Shown: piece after piece, positions 1 to 13,225 of the stretch
Layout: every line of letters begins with the position of its first letter
How positions within the stretch are numbered: position 1 is the stretch's first letter
Assembly (NCBI RefSeq): GCF_029633865.1
Contig: NC_079220.1
Span: 16,850,216 to 16,914,215, forward strand
Length of the DNA stretch: 64,000 nt
Reading direction: 5' to 3'
Source: Lampris incognitus
Lineage: Eukaryota
Notes under the pieces: model-generated
Database searches by the model: none
What the model was told of the DNA's origin: nothing
What the model saw: the letters and a program-made list of their open reading frames with translations, nothing else
Translations under genes and position numbers: made by a program

Positions 1-479
1 TCCCGAAAGTTGCTGTTGGTGGACAACTTGGAGCTAGGCAAAGCAGCACGGACGTGCAAGGGGAACTGACGGAGGAACAGCTGGCCGAAAAGGAAGGCGG
101 GGTCGCACGAACCCAGCATACTCAGCATCTTGTCCATTAGCTCCGATGGCTTGCCGTCTCCTAAGCCTTGCAGCGAAAACAACCAGTCTGCCTACTCCAC
201 CTCTGCTAGCTCAAAAGCCTGCAGCAAGTGTCTTTTAATTGTACCGTACTTATCCACGGGCGGCGGGGCTTGCAGCAGGCCCAATGTCCGTGACGCCGTA
301 GATGTTCCGAGTGCCACCACGACGTAGTAGTACTTGCTCTCATCCACGGTGATGTTCCTAATAGTGAACTGGGCTTCGATGTGAGTGAACCATGCTGCCG
401 CAGCTGTTTCCCAGAAGTCGGGCAGTTTGAGCGTGACGGCATTAGTCACTGCTGCTGCACTGGTAGCTTCGTTCTCCAT
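1..479 (-). mobile_element. LTR-retrotransposon gag-like ORF fragment (Retrotrans_gag-type), truncated at window edge
   Basis: minus ORF 192..479 with motif LPDFWETAAAAWFTHIEAQF...SKYYYVVVAL typical of retrotransposon gag N-terminal domain; ORF runs off the window start. Confidence 0.3.
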
Positions 480-988
480 GGCATTACGTCGGGGTCACCA
501 ATGTGGAGGATGAAAGAAAGGAGACGAGACCACTTCTCCTTTTGACCATACAGCCGTGGGGTCGTTTATGTCCTCCAACTCAAACTAAGTCAGCAGCTCA
601 TTCTGCTAAACCTCAGCCTCGTGTCTACCCACAATACCCTTTGCTAACCCCCGCCCACTGTCTTAAAGGGACCTTCTCTGGCCCGCATGGTGAATACGTA
701 ACCTGAAAGTAGGTCACTACAATATATTATTTTTACCTATACAGCATTTGCTTTTTTTGCCTATAGTGGCACCTAACAAACACCGGGGGGTTGGGGGGGG
801 GCACTCCATTTACAAATTGTAGCCACCAGGGAGAGCACTGCAAAAACCCATGTACAAGTGGCTTCATCTATATCATCTCAGTGAACCGCTTTCAATAAAA
901 TTAACTATCTCTTTTTCATCCCTTTTAGAGAGAGTCCCCCTGCCTTCTCTTCAACAGCTAGACGGTACAGCTTTCTCTGGGTTTCACA

Positions 989-1220
989 ATGGCCACCAGT
1001 CCAAGTACCACCCAGCCCCCTAGTGGAATGGAGGAGGCACAGCAGCTGAACCAACCAACCCCACAGCCAAACAGTGAAGCAGATCCCGCCCCGGTGATGT
1101 CCCAACCGGCCAATGCAGATCAACAAACTGCCGCCCAGACAGAAACCATCGAAGCCAACCATGTGGAGGAGAGCAACACTAAGGACCATCTGACGGTGAT
1201 CAGTGAGCAGATGGAGACCA
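989..1220 (+). CDS. prrt2: putative first coding exon of the PRRT2-like dispanin gene (S/T/P/Q-rich N-terminus); acceptor for 5'UTR at about 917, donor GT at 1221
   Basis: ATG at 989 in good Kozak context (cacaATGG) preceded by in-frame stop at 959; polypyrimidine+AG acceptor at 909-917; donor ACCA|gtaaat at 1220/1221 leaves phase 1, exactly matching the phase of the acceptor at 4509/4510; low-complexity proline/glutamine-rich like the PRRT2 N-terminus. Confidence 0.45.
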
Positions 1221-1852
1221 GTAAATAAAGTTTATAAAACAGTTTTCTGTCTGCTTCCCCATTCCACTGCATTAAATATTGTCCTCTACTCTGTGATCTC
1301 ACGGTGCTATCATTTTCAAATACTGGGTGCTGTGTGTGCATAATATAAACAGGCAATTGTTAAAGCTACAATCCTGAAGGTTGTTATTTTTTTTATTTAA
1401 TTTATTTTTTATAATTACTGACACCAATGGAAATCTTGTTGATTGCAGCAGTTTTTGAGCCAGCTGGATTCTAGAGATTGATTTGAGATGAAGAGTCGTT
1501 GGTGGTATTACATCAGCACCTTCTCTACTGCCAAGTAAAAAAACAAACAAAACACGGTTGAACCAGGGTTTTATTTTTTGATGTTGTAGTATCTGTTGCA
1601 CAGGTCTTCTATATGCTAGTCCTGTCATATCTTTTTGTTAGCCATGACAGTTTTGCCTCTTTCTTATTAAAGCTTGACCCTACTGGCCTTCTCCTGATGC
1701 ATTTTGCCGCTATGTTGAAGATGTAAAATGCTAACGTAATCTTTTTCCCTCCAATGTCTGACCCAACAATAACCATTAAAATGACCAACGACTAACACAG
1801 TCAAGATTTGGATAGTGGTGGAATTGCTATTGTCTTAAATACGTCAGTGATC

Positions 1853-2190
1853 CATCCATCCATCATCCAAGCTGCTTATCCCAACCGGGGTCATGGGATG
1901 CTGGAGCCTATCCCAGCAGTCATTGGGCAGGCAGGGAGACACCCTGGACAGGCTGCCAGACCATCACAGGGCTGACACATTCACACCTAGGGACAATGTA
2001 GTATGGCCGATTCACCTGACCTACATGTCTTTGGACTGTGGGAGGAAACCCATGCAGACATGGGGAGAACATGCAGACTACACACAGAGGATGACCCAGG
2101 GCGGCCCCCAAGGTTGACTACCCAGGGGATCGAACCCAGGACCTTCTTGCTGTGAGGCAACCACGCTAATCACTGTGCCACCGTGCCACC
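1853..2190 (-). mobile_element. tRNA-derived SINE (family 1; body ccatccattatccaaaccgcttatcc...; tRNA-like head at right end), full-length copy with about 11 bp TSD
   Basis: tRNA-like segment ggtggcacggtggcacagtgattagcgtggttgcctcacagcaagaaggtcctgggttcgatcccc on minus strand; direct repeat tacgtcagtga at 1841-1852 and 2191-2202 flanks the element; further copies at 29697, 49098 and 56446. Confidence 0.8.
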
Positions 2191-3595
2191 TACGTCAGTG
2201 ATAGGATGTATAAAAAAAAAAGTTTGTTTTCATGTAAATCTTCAGGATTGTACCTTTAAAGATGCACTTCCTGTTTTCCGTTTGGCCTAGTCACACCCTT
2301 TATTCTTCAAAATAGTCCATTTCACTTACTCATGATGTCCTTCCACATAACATTTTCCTCCCTTGTTTTCTTATCTGATGGTGATGTAACATACAAATAC
2401 TTATGGCAACTGCAGCAGTGCATTTTTTTTTCTTAATGTTTTGCTTTTATTACTTTTTTTTATTACTTTTGGTCCCGAAAATCCCAAGACTATAGATTTA
2501 TCTGTATTGTTTTTACCCACTGTTCTTCTCCTCTACCTCGGCTCATGGCTGTAAAGAACGATTGCCATACTTACTGTCATATTCTGGTTCTTTGAATCTG
2601 ACACAATAAGAGTCAGGAGAAACCGGAAAGTTGGGGGCGCTTCTTTGATAATAACCTACACACCTTTTCTGGTCATTGTTAGTGATGGGCAGTACAAGTC
2701 TTTTTCTCTAAATTTATTTCTGATTTTTCCCTTTTTTCTCCCAATTTAGTGGCCCATCGATCCCTATTCTAGTTCAAACACCCACGCTCGTACTGCATGC
2801 GTTCACCAACTGCATCTCTCCGGCCGGTAGTCTCGAAGGAGATGCCTCGCCACTTTTGTGACAAGGCGAATCCAGGCCGAACCACTGCTTCATACAAGTC
2901 TTTTTACTGTATTTGTATTTTCGAGTTAGTTCATTTAAATGAATTGAATTTTTCAAGATTTTCATTTCTTTTAAAAAATTCCTTTAACCTCTAGTGAGTC
3001 ATCAGTCGTGCATGTAGGCAGGAGCAGCCTTTAGCTTTCACCCCAAATGAGTGACTCATGAGAATTCAATACATTTGTTTAGCTTTCTTGGTATACTGAA
3101 AAGATTTGTTCAGAAAGATTAGTTCGTTCATTTTTGCCCAACATAACTGACTGAATGAGTGAAAGTCATGGAGAGTACACAATGGTGATGTTGTACTCTT
3201 CTTGGCCAATAAAGGCTCATACAAACTATGTGATTTTAGCCAATTTAGGGCTGTCCCAGGCAAATTTTTCAAGTCATGGACAACATTGTTCATTGTGAAC
3301 AAGATTCACTTGTATTGGGTGGTTCATTGTGACAGGGTTAAGCACAGCCAACAGAGAGCTGATCAACAGCTTTGAACAAGATGGCCAAAATTAGTGTACG
3401 GCGGCCCTAACTTTAAAGCAATGTTTCTTAATCTGGTTGTTAGGTATCACCAGTAATGCTGATTTTCCATTCTGCCAAGTACTTAATTACATTCACTTGG
3501 TGTGTCAAGTATTTCAGCTATTTAATCTATTTAATCTGTTCAATCAGGTTTTTTTTTAGACCTGGAACAGGTGAATGTACATAGTGTTGGACAGC

Positions 3596-3940
3596 ATGGT
3601 GGCCCAGTGGTTAGCGCTATCACCTCACAGCAAGAATGTCCTGGGTTCGAACCCTGGGATTGTCCAATCTTGGGGGTCGTCCCAGGTCGTCCTCTGTGTG
3701 GAGTTTGCAAGTTCTCCCCCTGTCTGCCGTGAGGTTTCTCCGGGTGCTCCAGTTTCCCCCACCATCAAAAAGACATGCATGTTAGGGTTAATACTCCTGC
3801 CTACACCCCTCTGACCAAGGCATGGCAAGACAAACTGAAGTTGGTCCCCGGGCGCTGCACAGCGGCTGGTCACTGCTCCTAGCTACACAGCTAGGATGGG
3901 TTAAATGCAGAAAGGAATTTCCCCACGGGGATCAATATAG
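3596..3940 (+). mobile_element. tRNA-derived SINE (family 1, second subfamily with different 3' body)
   Basis: head ggtggcccagtggttagcgctatcacctcacagcaagaatgtcctgggttcgaaccctggg (A/B box-like) then shared body; inverted copy at 47944-48312. Confidence 0.75.
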
Positions 3941-4085
3941 TATATATAGATATATAGGACAGGAACAGTAACATATAGGACAGGAACAGTTTTGATAGGG
4001 GAAAAAAATTAGGAGCTGATAAGGGCGAGATGCACGAAACAGGCCTATACTGCAATGTATTGAACTTTTTTTTCCCTGTATCAGT

Positions 4086-4087
4086 AT

Positions 4088-4128
<41 letters not shown>
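4086..4128. repeat. (TA)n microsatellite, about 20 units
   Basis: tatatatata run seen directly. Confidence 0.95.
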
Positions 4129-4132
<4 letters not shown>

Positions 4133-4475
4133 GTGTAACCCTTTCTTAGGCACTATTTATAGTGTATTTAGTGGAGCTATACTACAAATGTAGTGACCTA
4201 CCTGGCAGAATAGAAATCTAGCCTTACTGGTGGTACCCGAGGAGCAGGATTTAGAAACACTGCCATAAAACAATGGTTTGGGCTAATTTGGTTTAAATTT
4301 AAATATGCAACAGTTGCCCATTTATTCCTTTAAGACCAGCACAGCAAAAGTAGTGGCTAAAATTTGCAGCTGTTTACGTGTCAGCTGTTCCAGTTCTTCT
4401 GGTTTCTGGACCACAGGCCTGCTAAAGAACCACAGGGTTTTCAGATGACAATGAAAAATCAAAGCGAAAAGTTAA

Positions 4476-5731
<1,256 letters not shown>

Positions 5732-7435
5732 AAATTGCGAAAGACAGGACAGAAGCTAGCTAAGCTAGCAGCTAGCTAGCTAAGCTAGTTAGAACAACTA
5801 ACGTTAGCCTACAGTACGGGGCTACTACACGAGGTTAACACCAAAAATGCAAATATAAAGATGAACAATAAAGTTGAACAATAAAGATCTGAACAGATTA
5901 ATTATCATAATATTTACAAGAACCACCAAAAACTACTGTAGTAATCACTATTTTATCTTAGGCTAATCTCTTTTTCTTAGCTTTCTCATCTTTCACTGCG
6001 CCTCGAATACCAAAAGGTATGATCAAGGATCGGAAAGGCTGAACTGGTGTTCTCTGATTGGTTAGACGGGTGTCAATCATTTTCAGGTCGAGGAAAGACT
6101 GGGTCACTGGGTGGGCATTAAAACGCGTCATAAACCATAACTGTCCAATCAACAAAGTGTAAGGTACTTCTTCAATTTACATTCACTTACATTGGATTAG
6201 TTAAACGGAACGTTCCCCTGTGTCACCTGAAGAGGACGCTGTGTTGCACAAACCCCACGACACTTTTTTAACAGTGACACTGATTCACAGAGGAAACAGT
6301 CATTCTAATGAAATGTTGGCATCTAAAAAATGTTTTATGTGATATGTGTGTTATGTTTTTTGTTTATTTATTGGTGCAGCACTGCTTCACCTGTTAGCTT
6401 ATAGAAACCTCATCTGGTTTGTAGGTGTGTGTGTTGTGTGTGTTTATTTGTGGTGCTGCAAAGTTCTGCTGCTTGGCTTAAAGGAAAATTCTGTGTTTTT
6501 TACAACTTCGGTCTTACTTTCATAGTTTTTAGCCATTGTGCACATCGGTTATGATCATTTTACTCAACGGCTTCGTTGTGAAGATTTTGGATACGGGACC
6601 ACGATTGGACAGAGCTTTACATGTGCCTCTTACGGGGCAAACGAACACAACGGCCAGACATGTCTCAGAAAGTTCTGTTTAATCCGAAACGATCTAAACC
6701 CCACATCTGGAAGTAAAAACAAAAAGTGAAATATAAAAGTTAGTTATGACTCAAAATGTCCAATATTACCAACGGTCTGATTGCTGAGCTACTTCCTGGT
6801 TCAGCTTGCGGGAATAACCTGTACTAACCACGGATATATACATACATCCGTTGATAGACCACATGGCCAGCGCAATTGACCCTTCGCTAAGCCCCCCCCC
6901 CCCCTTAGTTACTGTTGTTACTACCTTAACTACTGACCGTCAAGCTTTACCATTATTTTACGGTTAATAAAAGCAATTACTTACCTTGGAGCAGACAAAG
7001 CTGTGCTGGTTGATCTTTGAGGGGTTCAACCGGATTTGAGGACGTCCACGTAGCTTATCCACAGCCTACACTTCTCAGGGTTTAATTTTGGTTTTGGAAA
7101 GGGAAAAACGTATATTGTGGCGGACACTGGGGGTTGTGCCTCTCACCCACAATATCTCCTTCCAACCTCTTCAGGTAACGAGTGTCACTGTTACAAGTGC
7201 CCCAGGCACAACGTTTAACCACCTATCTAGCTAAAAGTCCACAAAACCAGCTCGAAAATGAAGAAAGTCTGAAACTTTTGTATCGGAATCAACGGAGCGC
7301 CGCCATGGAAGTGTCGGACCTCTGTAGGCGCCTGTCCTATGCTGCGCTGTGACTGGCCAGTCTGCGTTTCGGGGGCATGGCTTATCGAAGGGGTTTCCGC
7401 CTTTATTAGCTAGCGAAGGCAGGGGAGAGAGGGGA

Positions 7436-7590
7436 TGACATGCGGCAAAGGGCCGGATTCGAACCAGGCCGCTGCGGTAAGGACTCAGCCTTATGTGGTA
7501 CGTGCTTTTTTTCCCTCATTTTTTTTATTGTTTAACATTTTTATGGGGTACATGCTCTACCAAATGAGCCACCAGGGCACCCCCCTATTG
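7436..7590 (-). other. tRNA-like sequence (D-arm and T-arm-like halves) split by an A-rich insert; probable SINE head or tRNA pseudogene
   Basis: minus strand reads GGGGGTGCCCTGGTGGCTCATTTGGTAGAGCATG ... GCAGCGGCCTGGTTCGAATCCGGCCCTTTGCCGCA with GGTTCGAATCC box-B-like motif. Confidence 0.25.
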
Positions 7591-8319
7591 AGAAGATTGA
7601 AGGACTGTGACCATAGCAGACTCCACTGTAAAGCTGTGTCCAGTGGTGATCATGTCCAAAATCTTCAAAATGAAGCTGGTAAAATGGCATCATAATTTAT
7701 GTGCACAATGGCAAAAAAAAAAACAAAAAAAAACTTTTAAGACTGACAGAAAAAAGTTTGTAATGACCAGAGCGTCATCTTCCTCTCACTTTGGCTGAAG
7801 ATCAATCTAACACCACATAATCATTTTGGTCAGGACTTCATTCATTCATTTTCATTTAATGTCCTGTCTTCATCTTTATCCTCAGCCTTGCTAGTCTTTA
7901 ATCCAAATGAACTCATTAAGACTTAAGTAACACTGCGCAAAGACTCATTGCCTTCCAGTGACACTGATAGAGGATGGACCCTCGCTGACCTCTTCATAAA
8001 CCTCAAGCCGAATGAAGAAAAATGTTTGAAGGCTTTTATAGTTTAGAGGTACATTTATGAGATGGAGCACATGATGAATGAGCTCACGGTAAATTATCAA
8101 GCACATCTTTAAATGTTGCATTCGGCCTTATGAGGTTACCGTGTTGCTGTGGCAATGTGTACACACGGCATGGGTGTCACTGAACTCCACAGAAGTGAAA
8201 GTGCCAAAAACTAGGCGGCCTTGTGTGTACACCAGTTCAGCGCCACAGAAGAAGAGTGGTTGCATCATTTTCTTCATCCTGTTTACTGTTTTTCTTCTTC
8301 TACTTCTTCTTCTTTGCAG

Positions 8320-8452
8320 TCACGGAACAGTTTGCAGCAAGGCAACATCGACGGAGCACGGCGTTTAGGCCGCAACGCCATGTTGCTGTCAGTCGTCTCG
8401 CTAGTGGGCGGGATTGCCATCATCGCCGCAGCCATCGCCCTCAACTGGGGAT
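8320..8452 (+). CDS. prrt2: PRRT2-like dispanin coding exon: [18 protein letters not shown] motif plus second transmembrane helix; may read through to stop at 8571 or splice at GTGAGT 8453
   Basis: acceptor ttcttcttctacttcttcttctttgcag|TCA at 8319; translation [44 protein letters not shown] closely matches human PRRT2 [44 protein letters not shown]; phase 0 join with exon ending 4802 gives ...FSVM|SRNSLQQ as in PRRT2. Confidence 0.8.
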
Positions 8453-8584
8453 GTGAGTACACCCCTTCACACACTTCTCCCGTTGTGTGTTTTTCTGTCA
8501 CGCCTGTGAAAATACTCCTTATTTGCGGTGTTGAGACAAAATCACAACGGGTGAGATTTTACCGAGGATAAGAATTAGCTTTAA

Positions 8585-9035
8585 GGGGGCGTCCGGGTAG
8601 CGTAGCGGTCTATTCCGTTGCCTACCAACGCGAGGATCGCTGGTTTGAATCCCCGTGTTACCTCCGGCTTGGTCGGGCATCTCTACAGACACAGTTGGCC
8701 GTGTCTGCAGGTGGGAAGCCGGAAGTGGGTTTGTATCCTGGTCGCTGCACTAGTGCCTCCTCTGGTCGGTCGGGGCACCTGTTCTGGGGGGGCGGGGGAC
8801 AGCGTGATTCTCCCACAAGCTACTCCCCCTGGGGAGGCTCCTCACTGTCAGGTGAAAAAATGCGGCTGTCGACTCCTCATGTATCGGAGGAGGCATGTGG
8901 TAGTCTGCAGTCCTCCCCAGATCGGCAGAGGGGGTGGAGCAGAGACCGGTATGGCTCAGAAAATAGGGTAATTGGCCAAGTTCAATTGGGGAGAAAAAGG
9001 GGGAAGGATAAAAAAAGAAGAAAAAAGTTAAAATG
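8585..9035 (+). mobile_element. tRNA-derived SINE (family 2; head GGGGGCGTCCGGGTAGCGTAGCGGTCTATTCCGTTGCCTACCAAC...GGTTTGAATCCCCG)
   Basis: tRNA-like head with box A/B, conserved body ...gtaattggccaagt.caattgggga, A-rich tail; five copies in the window (8585, 9531, 10018, 24204, 63085). Confidence 0.8.
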
Positions 9036-9530
9036 GTGGATGGGGTGGATGTATAGAAAGCATGAGAAGTGGCTGAATTAAATCTTAGAGGTGACGTTTT
9101 GATGTTTGGATTTGAGAGGAGATCTGAGGGAAAGAGACTCCATGAGGAGGATATGTTTCTACCAGACAAGACAAGACAGGGTCTGGGGTGGGTTGGGGGT
9201 AGCTGGGTGGGGTCTGACTTCAAACAGACTGGTGATGGGTTAGGCAGGAATGAATAAATCAGTCACTTAAAGCTGCAGTCTGCGACATTTCTCCATCAAA
9301 CCTCTCAATGGGCCGTTATCTAATCCATTTGGAACATGATGATGATGTTGTGGTGATCAGTTGGCCCCACAATCAGTTTTCCGGTGGAACAGTGTTGTCA
9401 TGTGGTTGGATGTAGGAAACAGAGAAACAGACCTGATAACAGACTACAAACAAAGTGTAGCAGCAATTATCGCTGGTGTGTGGTCAGCTAAGCAGAAAAC
9501 AGTTCCCACCCTTATAAAAATGGATCCCCG

Positions 9531-10015
9531 GGGGCGTCCGGGTAGCGTAGCGGTCTATTCCGTTGCCTACCAACACGGGGATCATTGGTTCGAATCCCCG
9601 TGTTACCTCTGGCTTGGTCAAGCGTCCCTACAGACATAGTTGCCCGTGTCTGTGGGTGGGAAGCCGGATGTGCGTATGTGTCCTGGATGCTGCACTAGCA
9701 CCTCCTCTGGTCAGTCAGTCAGTCAGTCAGTCAGTCAGTCAGTCAGTCAGTCAGTCAGTCAGTCAGTCAGGGCGCCTGTTGGGGGGGGGGGGACTGAGGG
9801 GAATAGCGTGATCCTCCCACATGCTACATCCCCCTGGTGAAACTCCTCACTGTCCGGTGAAAAGAAGTGGCTGGCGGCTCCACGTGTATTGGCATGTGGT
9901 AGTCTGCAGCCCTCCCCGGATCGGCAGAGGGGGTAGAGCAGCGACCGGGACGGCTTGGAAGAGTGGGGTAATTGGCCATATGCAATTTGGGAGAATAAAA
10001 AAAAAGGGGGGGGGA
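9531..10015 (+). mobile_element. family-2 SINE copy carrying an internal (CAGT)n expansion
   Basis: same head/body as 8585 copy; (cagt)15 at 9706-9767 replaces the short ggtcggtcgg segment of the other copies. Confidence 0.8.
9706..9767. repeat. (CAGT)n tetranucleotide microsatellite, about 15 units, inside SINE
   Basis: cagtcagtcagt... run seen directly. Confidence 0.95.
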
Positions 10016-10017
10016 GG

Positions 10018-10470
10018 ATCCCTGGGGTGTCCGGGTAGCATAGCGGTCTATTCTGTTGTCTACCAACACGGGGATCCCGGTTCGAATCTCTGTGTTGCCT
10101 CCGGCTTGTTCGGGCGTCCCTACAGACACAATTGGCCGTGTCTGCGGGTGGGAAGCCGGATGTGGGTATGTATACTGGTCGCTGCAATAGCGCCTCCTCT
10201 GGTCGGTCGGAGCGCCTGTTCAGGGGGGAGGGGGAATAGCGTGATCCTCCCATGCACTACATTCCTCTGGCGAAACTCCTCACTGTCAGGTGAAAAGAAG
10301 CAGCTGGCGACTCCACGTGTATCGAAGGAGGCATGTGGTAGTCTGCAGCCCTCCCCGGATCAGCAGAGTGGGTGGAGCAGAGACCGGGATGGATCGGAAG
10401 AGCGGGGTAATTGGCCAAGTACAATTGGGGAGGAAAAGGGGGGAGAAAAAAAAAGAAAAGCAAAAGCATC
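10018..10470 (+). mobile_element. family-2 SINE copy, head-to-tail tandem with the 9531 copy
   Basis: starts 2-3 bp after the A-rich tail of the previous copy; same orientation. Confidence 0.8.
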
Positions 10471-10920
10471 TCCAGCTGAGTTGGTGACCTCCATTTTGCG
10501 AGTACAGCACCATAGCGCTGGCCTTGTGCCCTTTGGGAAGGGTATGCATCAGTACAAGACATTTTTTTTCTGTTTTCTTGTATTGTTGTTCTCATAATAC
10601 CCCCCCCCTCTGTAAACTGATTTTAAATAAAAGGAACACACACTTCTCCCTGAACATCTTTTTTTCCCCCCTCTCCTAGTGATATTAAAATCCTGATAGG
10701 TTGCCGTGGCAACCAGGATTTGGGATGGCAAGACCGACTTCACGACATCTGACCACCAAGACATTGTGACGCTCCTCATGTAATCACGGCTGTCCTCCAT
10801 CCAAGCACCTACAACCAAGGGGGGAAATAGAAGAAAAAGGAAAGAAATTGTTCCTATTTTTGCTGTTGTTTCTTGCTGCACGAGCATTGTCGGCTTGACC
10901 CCCCCCCCTCCCTCACATCA

Positions 10921-10950
10921 CCAACACACACACACACACACACACACACA
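10921..10950. repeat. (CA)n microsatellite
   Basis: direct. Confidence 0.9.
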
Positions 10951-11629
10951 GATTGCAAGGCACATGCAAGCTGTCTACCTCCCAACACAAGCTTACTACA
11001 ACCCTAACTGTTTGGATACTGCAGAAGAAAAGGACAAGACGCGTGATTGGCAACACGTAATCCCAAAAGAACTGTTCTCCCCCCCCCCCCATTCCCCTTG
11101 CAGCCTCCCACAAGTTGTTTCTCCTCCCCGCGCTCCTCCTTCAGTGCTGTTCATCGATGCTCTGCCCTGCGTGGCTGCTCGTCGCCCAACATCGGGTGTG
11201 CTCATCTGTTTGTTGAGGAAAAGAGACACCCGCCTCTCTTTTTCTGATGGGATTCTGCCGAGTCTCCACAACCGGAGGGACTGGAGGGACCGTTTCACTT
11301 TTAACGCCAAAAAAAGAAAAGAATAAATGAATGAATAAATGAAAAAAAGATAATTGACTTGAACTTTGCTCAACTTGGTTGTGTGGGATGGGATGGCGGC
11401 AGTGAGTCATCACCGGACTACAAGACAGATGGACGAGAACATGGTGGACTTGTTGGATTGGACTGTCTGATTCTTCTCTCTTCTTCTGACTGTGTGGGCG
11501 AGAGATGGCACAAAACAAACCAGAAAAGAAAAAAAGACTATAGACTGTACTTGGAAAAAGTGGTGGGCTGTTCATTATGACATTGTTCCTGTCCATGCTC
11601 ACTGCTCAGAGACCAACCAAGATGCAAAG

Positions 11630-11632
<3 letters not shown>

Positions 11633-11674
<42 letters not shown>

Positions 11675-11830
11675 TACTTCTTGTACTACAATCTTTGTGA
11701 GGACCCCTCATTGACTACATTCATTTCCTAGCCCTTAAACTAATCCCTATTCTGACCCTAACCCACAATCCCAAGTCTTTACCCTAAAATTGACCCGTAA
11801 AGAAGTGAGGACTGGCCAAAATGTCCCCCC
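11633..11830 (+). repeat. (CA)n microsatellite joined to a conserved about 160 bp unit (...ggacccctcattgactacattcatttcctagccctta...gaagtgaggactggccaaaatgtcc); interspersed repeat family
   Basis: same unit in inverted orientation at 19500-19772 attached to (TG)60, and partial copy at 31260-31440 next to (CA)47. Confidence 0.6.
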
Positions 11831-13009
11831 TTTGCAAAAACGCAAACACACAGACACACCATGACACCATCATAGAGAAAGCTGGGTTGTACATCAGTGA
11901 TGTTTTCTGTCTGACAAATAGAAAGAAAGATTTTGATCAAGAAAGAGAGAGAGAGGGAGTACATTAGAGAGGGTGTGTGTGTGTGTGTGTGCGTGCGTGC
12001 GTGCGCCGGTGTGTGGTGGGTTTGGAAGTGCTGGGTTGCAGTCGTTGTTTTTGCACACACTTGCGGGTGTCTGAAAGGGGTTGGTGTACTGATCTCTACT
12101 ACGACCCTCAGATTCAGAGTCCCCTCCCGTGTTTACGGCACTTTTCACTCAAAAACATGCAGCCTTTGACAGTTAAACAGGGAGGTTTACCCCGTAACAC
12201 TGAAAATACATTGTGGTCAAAGTGATTTTTCTGGTGTAAAAATATACACCATATGTTATAACCAGCACCCAGCAAGCAACTTAAATGAGCAGTTAAAGAG
12301 GATTTTACTTAAACATCAGCGTTGTTTTTTTTGGTGGGATGAATATTTTATTTTTCAACAGCAGATCTCTACCGCTGGATAAAACTGCTATGATATAAAG
12401 TGCATGCATATTTTGCAGTTAAAGTCAGAAGGTATTTCCATGTCTACAATGAAAAATGGTGACCAGTTTTCGACTGTTTTGATGGAGGTATCCCTGACGC
12501 ATTTAGGCAGTGGCAGTTCTAGCTTGTATGATGCCCTGGGCGAACCCCCCCCCCATTCAGCCCCCCGCCAACAAAAATTGTGTCTACCCCCCCCCACAAT
12601 GCCAACAAAAAAAGCACCGTTCTGAAATAACTGTAATTCTTATTCAGACATTTGCGGCAACACAAATAAATAATCATAACATTTAAACTATATAAATATA
12701 AAAACATAAGGCTCATAGATATCAAAAGGAAGAATCAAAGACAAATATAAACAAATTGTCCCAAATACTAATAAAGGAGAATTGAATTATTACACTATTA
12801 ACCCTATTGTTAACAAAAAACACAAATAAAACGAAATTGTACAAATCATATATCACACAAATACACAAACAGTATAACACACTTATAAAGAAGAGAACCT
12901 AATTATTACACTATTGCACTTCAAACAAGAAACACACAAACTGCACAATCTAAACCCTGACCTTTCTTGCCTCGCTTGATGGAAAGTCATCACTTCCGTC
13001 ATCATAAGT

Positions 13010-13225
13010 CAAGTCAAGTCAGTTTTATTTGTATAGCACAATATCACAAATTACAAATTTGCCTCACAGCAACACAACATCCTGCCCTTAGACCCTCGCA
13101 TTAGATAAGGAACACAACAAAAACAAACTTTAACAGGGAGAAAAATAGGAAGAAACCTCAGGGAGAGCAACAGAGGAGGGATCGCTCTCCCAAGACGGAC
13201 AACGTGCAGTGGATGTTGTGTTTAC
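13010..13225 (-). repeat. about 215 bp interspersed repeat with terminal (AAGTC)n/(AAATC)n pentamer tract (SINE or LINE-tail derived), copy 1 of 4
   Basis: near-identical units at 13010, 16207, 20672 (partial) and 37366: (aagtc)n-aattttatttgtatagcccaatatcacaaattacaaatttgcctcagtgggctt.acagcaacacaacatcctgtccttagaccctc..ggataagga...aacagggagaaaaaataggaagaaacctcagggagag.aacagaggagggatc.ctctcccaagacggaca.cgtg; flanks differ between copies. Confidence 0.6.

Noticed and set aside
989-1228. Stand-alone 79 aa ORF ending at TAA 1226 with an overlapping AATAAA
   Set aside because: Treating it as a terminal exon leaves the PRRT2-like exon at 4510 without a start codon. The GT at 1221 is a good donor whose phase exactly fits the 4510 acceptor, so the spliced interpretation is preferred; still moderate confidence
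9706-10470. Regularly spaced direct repeats that could suggest a CRISPR-like array
   Set aside because: The units are a tetranucleotide microsatellite and whole 450 bp SINE monomers with tRNA-like heads; there is no repeat-spacer architecture and the context is eukaryotic
8618-10597. Long ORFs (117-258 aa) on both strands, e.g. 9821..10597 (258 aa), 8695..9081 and 8750..9223
   Set aside because: They lie entirely inside tandem SINE copies; they are GC-rich repeat sequence read in open frames with no coding signature, and nearly identical peptides recur at every SINE copy
12640-12960. A/C-rich region with two about 120 bp tandem units (…attattacactatt…acacaaataaa…)
   Set aside because: Low-complexity, weak two-copy minisatellite; no functional interpretation
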